Shown: piece by piece, positions 39,997 to 49,605 of the stretch
Layout of the letters: every line of letters starts with the position of its first letter
How positions within the stretch are numbered: position 1 is the stretch's first letter
From: Firmicutes bacterium UBA5509
Lineage (GTDB): Bacteria > Bacillota > Proteinivoracia > UBA4975
Direction of reading: 5' to 3'
Length of the DNA: 64,000 nucleotides
Assembly (NCBI GenBank): GCA_002423965.1
Contig: DIOR01000021.1
Span: forward strand, 6,812-70,811
Translations under genes and position numbers: made by a program
The notes under the pieces: generated by a model
The model's input: the letters and a program-made list of their open reading frames with translations, nothing else
The model's database searches: none
What the model was told of the DNA's origin: nothing

Positions 39997-42300
39997 ATGG
40001 AAATCAGAGAAATAGCAATAGACCACTACGGTCCCCTGCGGGATGTCCGCCAGCGGCCCCGTCCAGGAATGCAAATCTTTTTTGGCCCCAACGAAAGTGG
40101 CAAGACTTTGCTGATTGACGCAATTCTTAAACTAATGCTGGGCAAACGCCTAAAAGATTTTAAAGATATCGACAGGGTTCCTGGCATGCCCCAGGGCCGA
40201 GTGGCCATGACCTACCAAGGCAAAGAACATATCTTTGACGGCAAAACCCTTCTAGAAGATGTTACTGGTATCGGCAGCAGTGACATGCGCAATATCTTCG
40301 TCATCCGCAATAAAGATCTGCAGATAAGCGGACAGGCCGATTATTTCAGTCGCCTTAATGATCAATTAACTGGGATGGATGGCCGCCGCCTAACTAGACT
40401 CAAAGATATTCTCCGCAACCAGGGGCGCATGACTCGTGCCTCATCTGCCGCTAATCTCTCTAAGAGCCAAGATTTTGATTGGATAGGCGAAAAGGTTACT
40501 GAGGCTGGCAAGCTGGCCGCGGAAATACGAGAATATGTGGAGCAGGCCCGGGAGGATCAGCTGGATGATCTGGAAAAAAAACTGGAAGAATCCCGTCGCC
40601 AACTAAAGGCAACAGATAGAGAAATACATCTGCAGGAGCAGGCAAAAACCCGGGAAGATTACGACCATCTCTGCCGCCAAGTAGATGACTATGCCCAGCG
40701 CAGCCAGGCCGCCAACCAGTTGCTTCCCTATACAAAGACAAAGCTTATGCAGCTTCAGGAGAAGAAAAGCAGAAGCCAAGCCAATAGGGACACTGCAGGG
40801 GAAAGCAAGGAAAAGCTGGACCACCTTCTCCCCCACCTGGAACAGGCAGAAGCTGAGCTGGCTGAATTCCAATCAAAATTAACTCCCATGGAAGCCCGAA
40901 GAGGTCTCTTGGACAACCTGACCCAGCTTACTCTGGCAGCAGCGGAAGACACACCCTCTTCTCCCCCTGCCGTCTTATGGCGTTCGAGCCTTTTCCTTAT
41001 AATTCTAACAGCTTTAGCCCTGCTGTTGGTGGCTCAAGATACACTGCCCCGCAACCTTCAGGCCCTTCCCTACTGGACCTTTATCGCTGCCATCCTCTTC
41101 CTAGGGGTGGACATCGGTCTGCGAATCCGCAATAACGCTGGACGAAAGAGACATGCCCGCCTAGTGCAGCAAGGAGCGGCGGCAGGCATTGTGGCAAAAA
41201 CCATTCAGGAACTGGCAGCTGCTGCCGCCAAAGAAAAGACTGACATCGATCAAGCCCGTTCCCGACAACAGCAGCTAAATGAAAAAGTCCGTGACCTAGA
41301 AGGCCAAAAGCGCCACTTAGAAGAAAATTTCCGGGCAGCCAACATCTTGGCCACTGAGCTAGAGCAGGAAGTCAACAGCGAGTTGCAGCGCCTAGCTGTT
41401 CAGGACCTTCAACGGTTTGGGGAGCACATGGAGGAATATAACAAGGCTCAGGCATCCTGTGATGATTTGCATCAAATCCTGGAAGACGCCTTTGGTCAGG
41501 TACCAGAACGAACCGGGGACTGGCAAAGTCTCCTTGGGCAAGTACCCCTTCCACCGGATCCCGGCATTCCCTATATTGCCGGCAAATTAAGCCAACTTCG
41601 GGAAGAAAAAGACCTCCTGGCAGCCGAAATTGATCATTTGCGGGATGAACTCCAAAGTCACCAGACAGAGTTAAACCGTTTCGCCTCCGCCTGCATGGCC
41701 CTTCCCCTAGAAAAAGAAACAGGATACACACTGCCTGTACAATTTGCCGATATTGAAGTGCTGGCCCACAGTGCCTCCATCTTGGAGCTCTTTATCGCCA
41801 AAGTCACCAAGAGCTTTGACACAGCCCGCAATCTTATGGGCATTCTAGAAGTCCTTGAAGCCCAGGAGCAAGAAAAAACGGCGGACTTGGTTGGACCAAC
41901 TAAACCGGTACAAGAAATTTTCCGCTCCATCACCGGGGGCAATTATACCCAAGTCATTTTAGACCCTCAGCTCAACCTCCAGGTGGAAAATCGCGAGGGT
42001 ATAGAGCTGCCTGCCTCAGCCCTTAGCCAAGGAACCTATGACCAGCTCTACTTGGCACTACGCTTGTCCTTAGCCCAGGATCTACTGGCTGATAAACCCG
42101 GTTTCCTTATTCTCGATGACGCTTACCTCTGCGCTGATTCCACCCGCTTGGATAGAATGTTGGCCCTACTGGCTCAATTGGCCAAGGCTGGCTGGCAAAT
42201 CCTATATTTCACAATGGATGAACGCCTCCTCCGTGCAGCTCCTGCCCACACAGAGAATTCTATTATCTCTCTCAGTCCCCTCCTTCCGGACCTGAGCTAA
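39997..42300 (+). CDS. Rad50/SbcC-like (YhaN-type) coiled-coil ATPase
   Basis: GPNESGKT, long coiled coil with two central hydrophobic segments, LSQGTYDQLYLALRL, LILDD. Start at MEIREI, 1 nt after the nuclease stop. Confidence 0.88.
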   Translation: MEIREIAIDHYGPLRDVRQRPRPGMQIFFGPNESGKTLLIDAILKLMLGKRLKDFKDIDRVPGMPQGRVAMTYQGKEHIFDGKTLLEDVTGIGSSDMRNIFVIRNKDLQISGQADYFSRLNDQLTGMDGRRLTRLKDILRNQGRMTRASSAANLSKSQDFDWIGEKVTEAGKLAAEIREYVEQAREDQLDDLEKKLEESRRQLKATDREIHLQEQAKTREDYDHLCRQVDDYAQRSQAANQLLPYTKTKLMQLQEKKSRSQANRDTAGESKEKLDHLLPHLEQAEAELAEFQSKLTPMEARRGLLDNLTQLTLAAAEDTPSSPPAVLWRSSLFLIILTALALLLVAQDTLPRNLQALPYWTFIAAILFLGVDIGLRIRNNAGRKRHARLVQQGAAAGIVAKTIQELAAAAAKEKTDIDQARSRQQQLNEKVRDLEGQKRHLEENFRAANILATELEQEVNSELQRLAVQDLQRFGEHMEEYNKAQASCDDLHQILEDAFGQVPERTGDWQSLLGQVPLPPDPGIPYIAGKLSQLREEKDLLAAEIDHLRDELQSHQTELNRFASACMALPLEKETGYTLPVQFADIEVLAHSASILELFIAKVTKSFDTARNLMGILEVLEAQEQEKTADLVGPTKPVQEIFRSITGGNYTQVILDPQLNLQVENREGIELPASALSQGTYDQLYLALRLSLAQDLLADKPGFLILDDAYLCADSTRLDRMLALLAQLAKAGWQILYFTMDERLLRAAPAHTENSIISLSPLLPDLS

Positions 42301-42398
42301 TTGCCATGGCACTGTAACAGCAATGTAACTTTCAAACCGCCCAAAAAATGTTACAATTATAATGGCTTCTCATAATTTTTTTCTGAAGGAGGATCTCT

Positions 42399-43589
42399 TT
42401 GAAAAGAGTACTTATTGTCCTGTTAGCCTGCCTGTCCGTTTTCATTGCAGGCAGCCAGCCGGATATTGTTACTCCCTACCTAGCGAAAAATTCTTATTCC
42501 CTTGACCTTAATAATATGGATCTTAGTTTTATGGGTGACGACTTAGAACGCCAAGTTTTTCTTTCTGGTGCACAGTGGCATGGCACCACATACAACTATG
42601 ACCTCCACTATGCCCTTATCACTGCCCTTCATAAACAAGCAGGCGTCAAATACATGCTTATGGACTCCGGTTACGCCACGGCTCAGGTATATAATGAATA
42701 CATCCAAACAGGCGATTATGAACTCATCGTAATGGCCCTGAACGGAGATAGATACTCTAACAGCAGCTGCAACGAATACCGCTTGTTCTGGCAAAACATG
42801 TATTTGTTTAATTCAATGCTTTCTCCCCAAGACAAAATTGTTGTCATCGGCATCGACGTGGAATATCAAATCGACACCGCCTTTAACTATTTAAATTACA
42901 TCTCTGACAATCAATTAAGCAAGCATTTTCCCATTACCGAATACCTGGGGGACCCAAACGCCTTGGACAGGTATCTCTCCACCCTGAAAACCGCCTACCG
43001 GGAAGACCCAGCATTATTTGAGAACATCTTCACCGATAACCTCTATCATTTTGAAGGGACATTGGCAAACCTTACAGATACTATATCCGCCAACCTCAGC
43101 TCCGACTTTTTTACTGACCGGGAGCATATATTGTACAAAAACTTTTTGTCCGCTTATAACAAGGATCCCCAGGGAAAGTTTTTTGGCAACCTTACCATGG
43201 AACATATCTATCAGCGCCAGGTAAGTGAAGGCCATCTGGGAAAAGCCGACAGGCTTGGCACCCTCCTGGTCCAAGAGGGTTCAGTCCTCCGGGATCAGGT
43301 AGTGTCCATAGCCGCATTCTACCATAATAGTGAATTCAGATTTTACTATGGCAGGTACGATAATTACAAGGTATTTAATGACTTTATCATTGATCCCCTT
43401 CCTATGCTTAAAACCGCCTCCAGCGACTTTACGGTATATAAGCTGGAGGGTGAAGATTCACCCTTTACCTGGGACCCACATACAGTTATTAACCCCACTG
43501 GTGGAGTGACCATAGATTATTATCAATACCTAATGCTAATCCAAAACTCCCAACCTACAACTCCTAATTTATTGCTACCTCCCCAGTAG
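42399..43589 (+). CDS. Exported erythromycin-esterase-like protein
   Basis: Signal-like N-terminus; W-H-G motif, GVKYML, VIGIDVE, DRE..LY.NF, KFFG....EH pattern. Confidence 0.55.
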   Translation: MKRVLIVLLACLSVFIAGSQPDIVTPYLAKNSYSLDLNNMDLSFMGDDLERQVFLSGAQWHGTTYNYDLHYALITALHKQAGVKYMLMDSGYATAQVYNEYIQTGDYELIVMALNGDRYSNSSCNEYRLFWQNMYLFNSMLSPQDKIVVIGIDVEYQIDTAFNYLNYISDNQLSKHFPITEYLGDPNALDRYLSTLKTAYREDPALFENIFTDNLYHFEGTLANLTDTISANLSSDFFTDREHILYKNFLSAYNKDPQGKFFGNLTMEHIYQRQVSEGHLGKADRLGTLLVQEGSVLRDQVVSIAAFYHNSEFRFYYGRYDNYKVFNDFIIDPLPMLKTASSDFTVYKLEGEDSPFTWDPHTVINPTGGVTIDYYQYLMLIQNSQPTTPNLLLPPQ

Positions 43590-43622
43590 GCAAATAAAAT
43601 TTCAAAGAAAGGAGGTTCCCAC

Positions 43623-44468
43623 TTGGGTAAAGTCAAGGTCTTTTCAGACAGCACTTGCGACTTGCCCTCCGACCTAATTGTACAGCATCAAATTGGTATC
43701 TTGCCATTATACGTTCTTTTTAATGAGGTGTCTTATAGGGATGGAATTGATATCACCACCCCGGATCTGTACAAAAAAGTCGAGGAGACCGGAAAACTGC
43801 CCAAGACCGCTGCCCCTTCCCCGGGAGACATTATTACCGCCTTTAAACCTCATATCGATGCCGATGAAGACATCATCTATATTGGGCTCTCCCAACAATT
43901 ATCGGCTACTCTTAACAATGCCCGATTAGCCGCCCTAGAATTTCCTGAAGGTAGAATTGAAGTTGTCGATTCCCAAAATCTGTCTACAGGAATAGGGCTG
44001 CTAGTGATGCGAGCAGTGGACTTAGCTGCAGAGGGATTGGATATTCACATCATCGCCGACCACATTAAGGCCATGGTGCCCAAGGTTGAGACTGAGTTCA
44101 TTATCGACACCTTGGATTATCTCCACATGGGCGGCCGTTGTTCTGGCCTCGCCCGCTTCGTAGGCAGTATGTTAAAAATCCGCCCCTCCATCAAAGTAGT
44201 CGACGGAGGCATGATTCCCGCCCAAAAATACAGAGGTACCAGGGCTAAAGCCCTACAGGGCTTGTTGAACACAGCCCTGGCAGACAAAGACAACATCTCC
44301 CCGGAACGTATTTTTGTGACCCACTCCCTCAGTGATGACGCCCCTGTCTTGCAGGAAAAACTGCGGAAGCACACCGCTGCCAAAGAAGTCCTCATTTCCC
44401 AGGCAGGCTGTGTCATCTCCAGCCATTGCGGACCAAACACCATAGGTATATTGTACATTAAAAAATAG
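43623..44468 (+). CDS. DegV family fatty-acid-binding protein
   Basis: DSTCDL, PKTAAPS, VDSQNLS, LDYLHMGGR, ISSHCGP. Confidence 0.95.
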   Translation: MGKVKVFSDSTCDLPSDLIVQHQIGILPLYVLFNEVSYRDGIDITTPDLYKKVEETGKLPKTAAPSPGDIITAFKPHIDADEDIIYIGLSQQLSATLNNARLAALEFPEGRIEVVDSQNLSTGIGLLVMRAVDLAAEGLDIHIIADHIKAMVPKVETEFIIDTLDYLHMGGRCSGLARFVGSMLKIRPSIKVVDGGMIPAQKYRGTRAKALQGLLNTALADKDNISPERIFVTHSLSDDAPVLQEKLRKHTAAKEVLISQAGCVISSHCGPNTIGILYIKK

Positions 44469-44500
44469 TGAACCCCGTGAAGGGGGTCACTATTTTTTTG
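44459..44500 (+). terminator. Terminator after the DegV gene
   Basis: AAAATAGTGA.CCCC-GTGAA-GGGGGTCACTATTTTTTT. Confidence 0.75.
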
Positions 44501-44580
44501 CTAGACTTCTTTATATTGTATTATATAAAACCTTATGTTACAATTACGGTTAAATTACCCCAACTTTATTAAGGGGGAGC

Positions 44581-44946
44581 ATGAATAAGTGAAGTAACTA
44601 TTACTAACCTGAACAAGTACTTTGGCAAACACCATGTGCTAAAGGATGTTTCCTTTTCCTTTAGGGAAGGAGAGCCTCAACCCAGATGACACTGCTAAAC
44701 TTGATCAATTGGAGAAAAAATACTATTTCTACCGCTACCAGTATCTCAATAACTATAAACTAGTATCGCTGATCAAATTCACCCCCGACCAAGTAATAGA
44801 AAGGACTGAACTGGGTCTCCGGCGGGACAAGCATCTGCTGGAGGTCATTGCTCTACTTACATGGGTAGCATCATTGCGTTAGTAACTGCAACAATAATTC
44901 TCTTCGCCCTCAGTGCCTTCATCTTCAGGAAACAAGACATAAAGTA
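44581..44946 (+). pseudogene. Collapsed ABC transporter operon remnant
   Basis: RBS and ATG, then frameshifted EVTITNLNKYFGKHHVLKDVSFSFREGE (ABC ATPase N-terminus); ends with VTATIILFALSAFIFRKQDIK* (ABC-2 permease C-terminus). Confidence 0.7.
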
Positions 44947-44986
44947 GCCTGATTGTACCCAACGACACTGTATTGGAGGCACGGCC

Positions 44987-45859
44987 ATGGAAAGAAATAA
45001 TAAACATGGGTTCAGCCCCTACTTGATCTTAGCCCTTGGGGTAATAGGGATATCCTTTTCTGCATTTCTGGCCAGGATGACTGATGCGCCCCCCGCCATA
45101 ATCGCCTTCTGGCGCCTCATCTTCACCTGCCTGCTCCTGTCTCCCCTAGCCATCAGGGACAGGGCTCAGTTTAAGGCGGTATGCAGAAAGGACCTCCTCC
45201 TCTCTTTGCTCAGCGGCCTGTTTCTCTGCCTACATTTCATCTTTTGGTTTGCCTCTATTCCCAGGACGTCAATCAGCAGTGCCACCCTCCTGGTCAACAT
45301 ACATCCCTTGGTTGTTGTCACCGCCGGTTGGTTGGGCAAAGAAAAAGTGCATCTCCAGGCACTGCCCTGGGCAGGAGCAGCCCTGGCCGGCATCGCCCTT
45401 TTGGGCTGGAGTGGCCTGCAAATGGCAGGGGGGGTTACCGGCAATATCCTGGCCGCCGCCGGTGGCCTCATGCTTGCAGGCTATTACCTGGTGGGTAGAA
45501 ATGTACGGCCTCGGGTAGCTATTAGCATCTATTCTTTCCTAGTCTATAGCAGCAGCGCCTTGCTCCTCTTAGTTGTCAACCTTGCTGCTGGGAACCCCTT
45601 ATTCAGCTACATTTCATCCGATTGGATGGTCTTTGCAGCTTTAGCTGTAGTGCCAACTATCTGCGGGCACACTCTCCTTAACTGGTCCCTGAAGTATCTA
45701 CCCGCTAGTGCAATTTCCATGGGCGCTTTGGGGGAGCCGGTCATCGCCACTATCCTGGCCATTCCTCTACTCAGGGAGATCCCCGGTCCTTTGCAGCTGG
45801 CCGGAGGAATCTTGGTTATAGTGGGAATCGCTATGTTCCAAAAAAATTGCAGCAAGTAA
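44987..45859 (+). CDS. DMT/EamA family transporter
   Basis: About ten TM helices; IAFWRL, GHTLLNW, EPVIA. Confidence 0.9.
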   Translation: MERNNKHGFSPYLILALGVIGISFSAFLARMTDAPPAIIAFWRLIFTCLLLSPLAIRDRAQFKAVCRKDLLLSLLSGLFLCLHFIFWFASIPRTSISSATLLVNIHPLVVVTAGWLGKEKVHLQALPWAGAALAGIALLGWSGLQMAGGVTGNILAAAGGLMLAGYYLVGRNVRPRVAISIYSFLVYSSSALLLLVVNLAAGNPLFSYISSDWMVFAALAVVPTICGHTLLNWSLKYLPASAISMGALGEPVIATILAIPLLREIPGPLQLAGGILVIVGIAMFQKNCSK

Positions 45860-45894
45860 AGGACACCTTCCCGGAAACGGGAAGGTGTCCTTTT
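45858..45894 (+). terminator. Intrinsic terminator
   Basis: AAAGGACACCTTCCCG-GAAA-CGGGAAGGTGTCCTTTT, a perfect long stem. Confidence 0.85.
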
Positions 45895-45919
45895 GTCCGA
45901 AAAACTTTATATCCTACCC

Positions 45920-45950
45920 TTGACTTGGAGCCAACTCCAGGTGGTATGCT
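45920..45950 (+). promoter_or_regulatory. MerR-type promoter and operator
   Basis: TTGACT - 19-bp spacer containing the dyad TGGAG-CCAA-CTCCA - TATGCT, directly upstream of a MerR gene. Confidence 0.85.
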
Positions 45951-45969
45951 GAGCTAAGAGGTGATTAAT

Positions 45970-46356
45970 ATGTTAATCGGCGATGTATCCAAACAATTTA
46001 ACATCCCTGCAGATACACTGCGCTACTATGACCGTATCGCCCTGCTCTCCCCAGGGCGATACGGGGGAGTGCGCAGATACTCCCAAGGAGATCTGCAAAA
46101 GCTAACGGCGATAATCAAGATGAAAAAACTCATGTTCTCCCTGGATGAAATCCGGAATATCCTGGCCGCCGATGCCCAGGCAGAGAAGGAACTCCAGCAG
46201 GCAAGCCCGGACCTCAGTGTAGTCCAGGCCCTCCTCAAGCAAATAAGCACAAAGCTGCAAGAGGTTGAAGCAATGGAAGAGAACATCAAGGAAGTCAAAG
46301 AAGAACTAGCCCGCCTTGCCGCCAAGATCAAGGCTGTTCTCCGGGAGGAAATATGA
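45970..46356 (+). CDS. MerR family transcriptional regulator
   Basis: IGDVSK...TLRYYDRIALL.P.R..GVRRY...FSLDEIR. Confidence 0.92.
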   Translation: MLIGDVSKQFNIPADTLRYYDRIALLSPGRYGGVRRYSQGDLQKLTAIIKMKKLMFSLDEIRNILAADAQAEKELQQASPDLSVVQALLKQISTKLQEVEAMEENIKEVKEELARLAAKIKAVLREEI

Positions 46357-47471
46357 GTAAAATCCCAATCTCCAAACTGGGTTATGGCTGTTATGCACTA
46401 GGGGGTGCCTATGGAAACACAGTGGAAGTTCCCCGGGCAATAGAGCTCATTCAATTGGCCTATGATTTGGGCATCCGCTTCTTTGACACCGCAGACCAGT
46501 ATGGAACCGAAGCAATACTAGGCCAAGCTGTCCGTTCCTTCCGCAGCCAAATTGCCCTGGCCACCAAGGTTGGAGCTGACTCAGGTCTGGCTAGGAAAAA
46601 TATATTAGCCAGCTGCGATGAAAGCCTCAGACGCCTGGACACAGATTATATCGACTTGTACCAGATCCATTATGACGACCCCTCTGTCAGCGTGGCAGAC
46701 GTGGTAGAGACCCTAGAATTCCTCAAAGGCCAGGGGAAAATCCGTAGCTATGGAGTAGGGCATCTCCCCCTGGACAAAACCCTTCAGTATCTTGAGTATG
46801 GCCACCCAGAAACGGTCCTGGCTGAAATGAATGCCGCCTCCCTGGAAAGATACCAGGATCTCCGACCCCTCCAGCAAGGCCATGACTTCGACATCATCGC
46901 CTTTAGCGTAACCGGTCGGGGTCTACTGACAAGCGAAATCCCCTCGGTCCCCCACTTTTCCGATACCGATATCCGCCGGCTGGATCCCCTGTTCAAGCGG
47001 AGCAAACTGGCCTCGGGCCTTCGCATTAAGGATAAATTGACAGAGATCGCCGGCAGAATTAATGCCACTCCGTCCCAATTAGCCATTGCCTGGGTTCTGG
47101 GGAACCCCGGGGTCGTCGCCGCCCTTACTGGTCCCACTGACCCTCAGCACCTTCGGGAAAATTGCGCTTCCTTAGACTTAAATCTGGAGTCTAGCCTGCA
47201 GCAAGAAATCAGTGACTTTATCCGCCAAGAAGAGAAATTAAAGCAAACCGATATTTCTCATGAGATCCAGGGGATTCTCCATACTCCTGCCACAGACAGC
47301 AAGCTGGCAAAGGAAGGCTTGGTCTACGTCCTGGAGCATTGCATTGAAAAAGGCCTCATCCCCTACCAGATTGGAGTGGACCTGTTTAGCCAGCTGATGC
47401 AGCTTGAAGATTCTCCAACTAGCTTAAAACCTATCCAGGAAATCATGGCCAAGATGGTACCAGTAAGCTAA
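46353..47471 (+). CDS. Aldo/keto reductase with a C-terminal extension
   Basis: LGYGC, FFDTADQY, ATKVG, SLRRLDTDYIDLYQIH; overlaps the merR stop. Confidence 0.88.
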   Translation: MSKIPISKLGYGCYALGGAYGNTVEVPRAIELIQLAYDLGIRFFDTADQYGTEAILGQAVRSFRSQIALATKVGADSGLARKNILASCDESLRRLDTDYIDLYQIHYDDPSVSVADVVETLEFLKGQGKIRSYGVGHLPLDKTLQYLEYGHPETVLAEMNAASLERYQDLRPLQQGHDFDIIAFSVTGRGLLTSEIPSVPHFSDTDIRRLDPLFKRSKLASGLRIKDKLTEIAGRINATPSQLAIAWVLGNPGVVAALTGPTDPQHLRENCASLDLNLESSLQQEISDFIRQEEKLKQTDISHEIQGILHTPATDSKLAKEGLVYVLEHCIEKGLIPYQIGVDLFSQLMQLEDSPTSLKPIQEIMAKMVPVS

Positions 47472-47477
47472 TCCTCC

Positions 47478-47501
47478 AATCCCCCGGACTCCGGGGGATT
47501 C
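47478..47501 (+). terminator. Hairpin after the AKR gene
   Basis: AATCCCCCGGA-C-TCCGGGGGATT. Confidence 0.65.
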
Positions 47502-47561
47502 TTCTCTTAGTACACTCTTCCCCAAGGTGGTTAATTCTTAGTAATTATCCTCCTGTATTGC

Positions 47562-47587
47562 AGGGAATCCAGTCATCCGCCTTGAAT
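47562..47587 (+). promoter_or_regulatory. SigH-like promoter upstream of the spt-like gene
   Basis: AGGG-N18-GAAT. Confidence 0.5.
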
Positions 47588-47638
47588 TAGTATATAGCGC
47601 ACTTATTATCGCTACTAAAATTGTATGGAGGAGAGTAT

Positions 47639-48820
47639 ATGCCCCTTTTTAAGAAGTGTGACAACTTTACCGAGGCAAAGGAAGCGCAAGCAGTGGGATT
47701 ATATCCCTACTTCCATGAGCTGCAGTCTCAACAAGACGTAGAAGTTATCATGGAGGGCAAACGCAGAATAATGTTGGGTTCCAACAACTATCTGGGCCTT
47801 ACCGTTCATGAAGAAGTAAAGCAAGCTGCCATTGAAGCCGTCCAGCAATATGGAACCGGTTGCTCAGGCTCCCGTTTCCTAAATGGCACCTTAAACCTGC
47901 ATACCCAACTGGAAAAAAAGCTAGCTGAATTCTTGCGGAAGGAAGCAGTCATCACCTTTTCTACCGGCTTCCAATCCAACTTAGGGATCATCAGTGCCAT
48001 CTGCGGCCGCAATGACTACATCATTTCAGACAAAGAAAACCATGCCAGCATCTATGACGGGTGTAAGCTTAGCTATGCAAAGCTCCTGCGGTTCAACCAT
48101 TCCGATATGGCCGACTTGGAACGAGTCTTGGCCTCCATCCCCAAGGATGCGGGAAAACTAATCGTCACCGATGGTGTCTTTAGCATGAGTGGTGACATAT
48201 GCAAGCTGCCGGAGATGGTAGCCCTGAAGAAAAAATACAATGCTCGCCTTATGGTCGATGACGCCCACGGTTTAGGAGTCATCGGTGAAGGCGGTCGTGG
48301 CACTGGCTCCTACTTTGACCTTGAGGATGAAGTAGATATTATCATGGGCACCTTTTCCAAGTCTTTGGCCAGCCTAGGTGGGTACATGGCGGCAAAAGAA
48401 GTTGTTGTGGAATATGTCCGCCATACATCCAGGCCCTTTATCTTTTCGGCATCAATCCCACCGGCTTCTTGCGCTGCGGCAATGAAAGCTCTGGAGATAA
48501 TTGAAGCACATCCGGAGCGGGTGGAACGGCTGGGCCAGCTATCCAACTACATGAAAAAAGCTTTAAACAACCGCAACATAAAAATTATTGAGTCCCCGAC
48601 GCCTATCATTCCCATTTATACCAAGGACCAGCTCACCACCTTGACCTTGGCAAAGGTCATTTATGAGGCCGGAGTCTATGTCAACCCGGTGCTGCCACCT
48701 GCTGCTCCTGCCAATGAATGTTTGCTCCGCGTCAGCCTCATGGCTACTCATACAGAGGCTCTCATTGACGAGTCAGTGGACATTATCGAAGCAGCATTAA
48801 AGGACGCCGGCCTGGTATGA
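47639..48820 (+). CDS. PLP-dependent alpha-oxoamine synthase, serine palmitoyltransferase-like
   Basis: GLYPYF, GSNNYLGL, GTGCSGSRFLNGTL, STGFQSNLG, HASIYDG, DDAHG, MGTFSKSLASLGG, FIFSAS, VNPVLPPA. From recall, this motif set fits bacterial Spt better than BioF or Kbl. Confidence 0.75.
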   Translation: MPLFKKCDNFTEAKEAQAVGLYPYFHELQSQQDVEVIMEGKRRIMLGSNNYLGLTVHEEVKQAAIEAVQQYGTGCSGSRFLNGTLNLHTQLEKKLAEFLRKEAVITFSTGFQSNLGIISAICGRNDYIISDKENHASIYDGCKLSYAKLLRFNHSDMADLERVLASIPKDAGKLIVTDGVFSMSGDICKLPEMVALKKKYNARLMVDDAHGLGVIGEGGRGTGSYFDLEDEVDIIMGTFSKSLASLGGYMAAKEVVVEYVRHTSRPFIFSASIPPASCAAAMKALEIIEAHPERVERLGQLSNYMKKALNNRNIKIIESPTPIIPIYTKDQLTTLTLAKVIYEAGVYVNPVLPPAAPANECLLRVSLMATHTEALIDESVDIIEAALKDAGLV

Positions 48821-49605
48821 CAAAGGTAGTGGCCATCACCGGTGCTTCTAGCGGCATCGGCCGGGAGACTGCAAAGTTCTTTGCTAGCAAGGGCTGGAAA
48901 GTATACAATCTCAGCCGTCGGCCCGCTAACGAAGCTGGGGTTACCGACATTTCCGCCGATGTTACCGAAGAAGCTGGACTTAAAAAAGCCCTGGAGCAAA
49001 TTCGCTCTGCTGGCGACGGTCTGGATCTCCTAATCAACAATGCCGGCTACGGCATCTCTGGATCCATTGAGTTTACCGAGCTTAAAGACGCAAAAAACCA
49101 ATTTGATGTAAACTTCTTTGGAACATTTAACTGCATTAAGGCAGCCATGCCCCTGTTAAAGGAAAGCCAGGGCCGTATTATCTGCATTTCCTCAGCGGCA
49201 GCAGTCTTCGCCATTCCCTTTCAATCCTTTTATTCCGCCACAAAAGCTGCAATTAATATCCTTGTCTCGGCATTGGTCAATGAGGTAAAACCTTTTAAAG
49301 TCAGTGCCTGTGCCCTGCAGCTGGGGGATGTGAAGACGGGGTTTACCGGGTCAAGGGTTAAATCCCATGCCGGTGACGAAATCTATGGCGGCGCCATTGG
49401 CCGCAGCGTTGCAGTAATGGAAAAGGACGAACAAACAGGTATGGCTCCCGAAAAAATCGCTGCCTTTATTTTCAAAGTAGCAAACAAGAAAAAGGTTAAA
49501 CCCCTTTATACTGTTGGGGCAATGTACAAACTCTTGGTCTTCCTCAACAAGCTACTGCCTCATTCCTTAGTTAATTTCATAATCGGCAAGATGTACGTCA
49601 AATAG
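48817..49605 (+). CDS. Short-chain dehydrogenase/reductase, candidate 3-ketodihydrosphingosine reductase
   Basis: TGASSGIG, NNAG, YSATK (YxxxK), IPFQSFYS, GDVKTGFT; ATGA overlap with the spt-like stop. Confidence 0.7.
   Translation: MTKVVAITGASSGIGRETAKFFASKGWKVYNLSRRPANEAGVTDISADVTEEAGLKKALEQIRSAGDGLDLLINNAGYGISGSIEFTELKDAKNQFDVNFFGTFNCIKAAMPLLKESQGRIICISSAAAVFAIPFQSFYSATKAAINILVSALVNEVKPFKVSACALQLGDVKTGFTGSRVKSHAGDEIYGGAIGRSVAVMEKDEQTGMAPEKIAAFIFKVANKKKVKPLYTVGAMYKLLVFLNKLLPHSLVNFIIGKMYVK

Noticed and set aside
47639-48820. Default annotation as bioF or kbl
   Set aside because: No biotin or threonine dehydrogenase genes are adjacent, and the motifs fit Spt better. Not fully excluded without a phylogeny.
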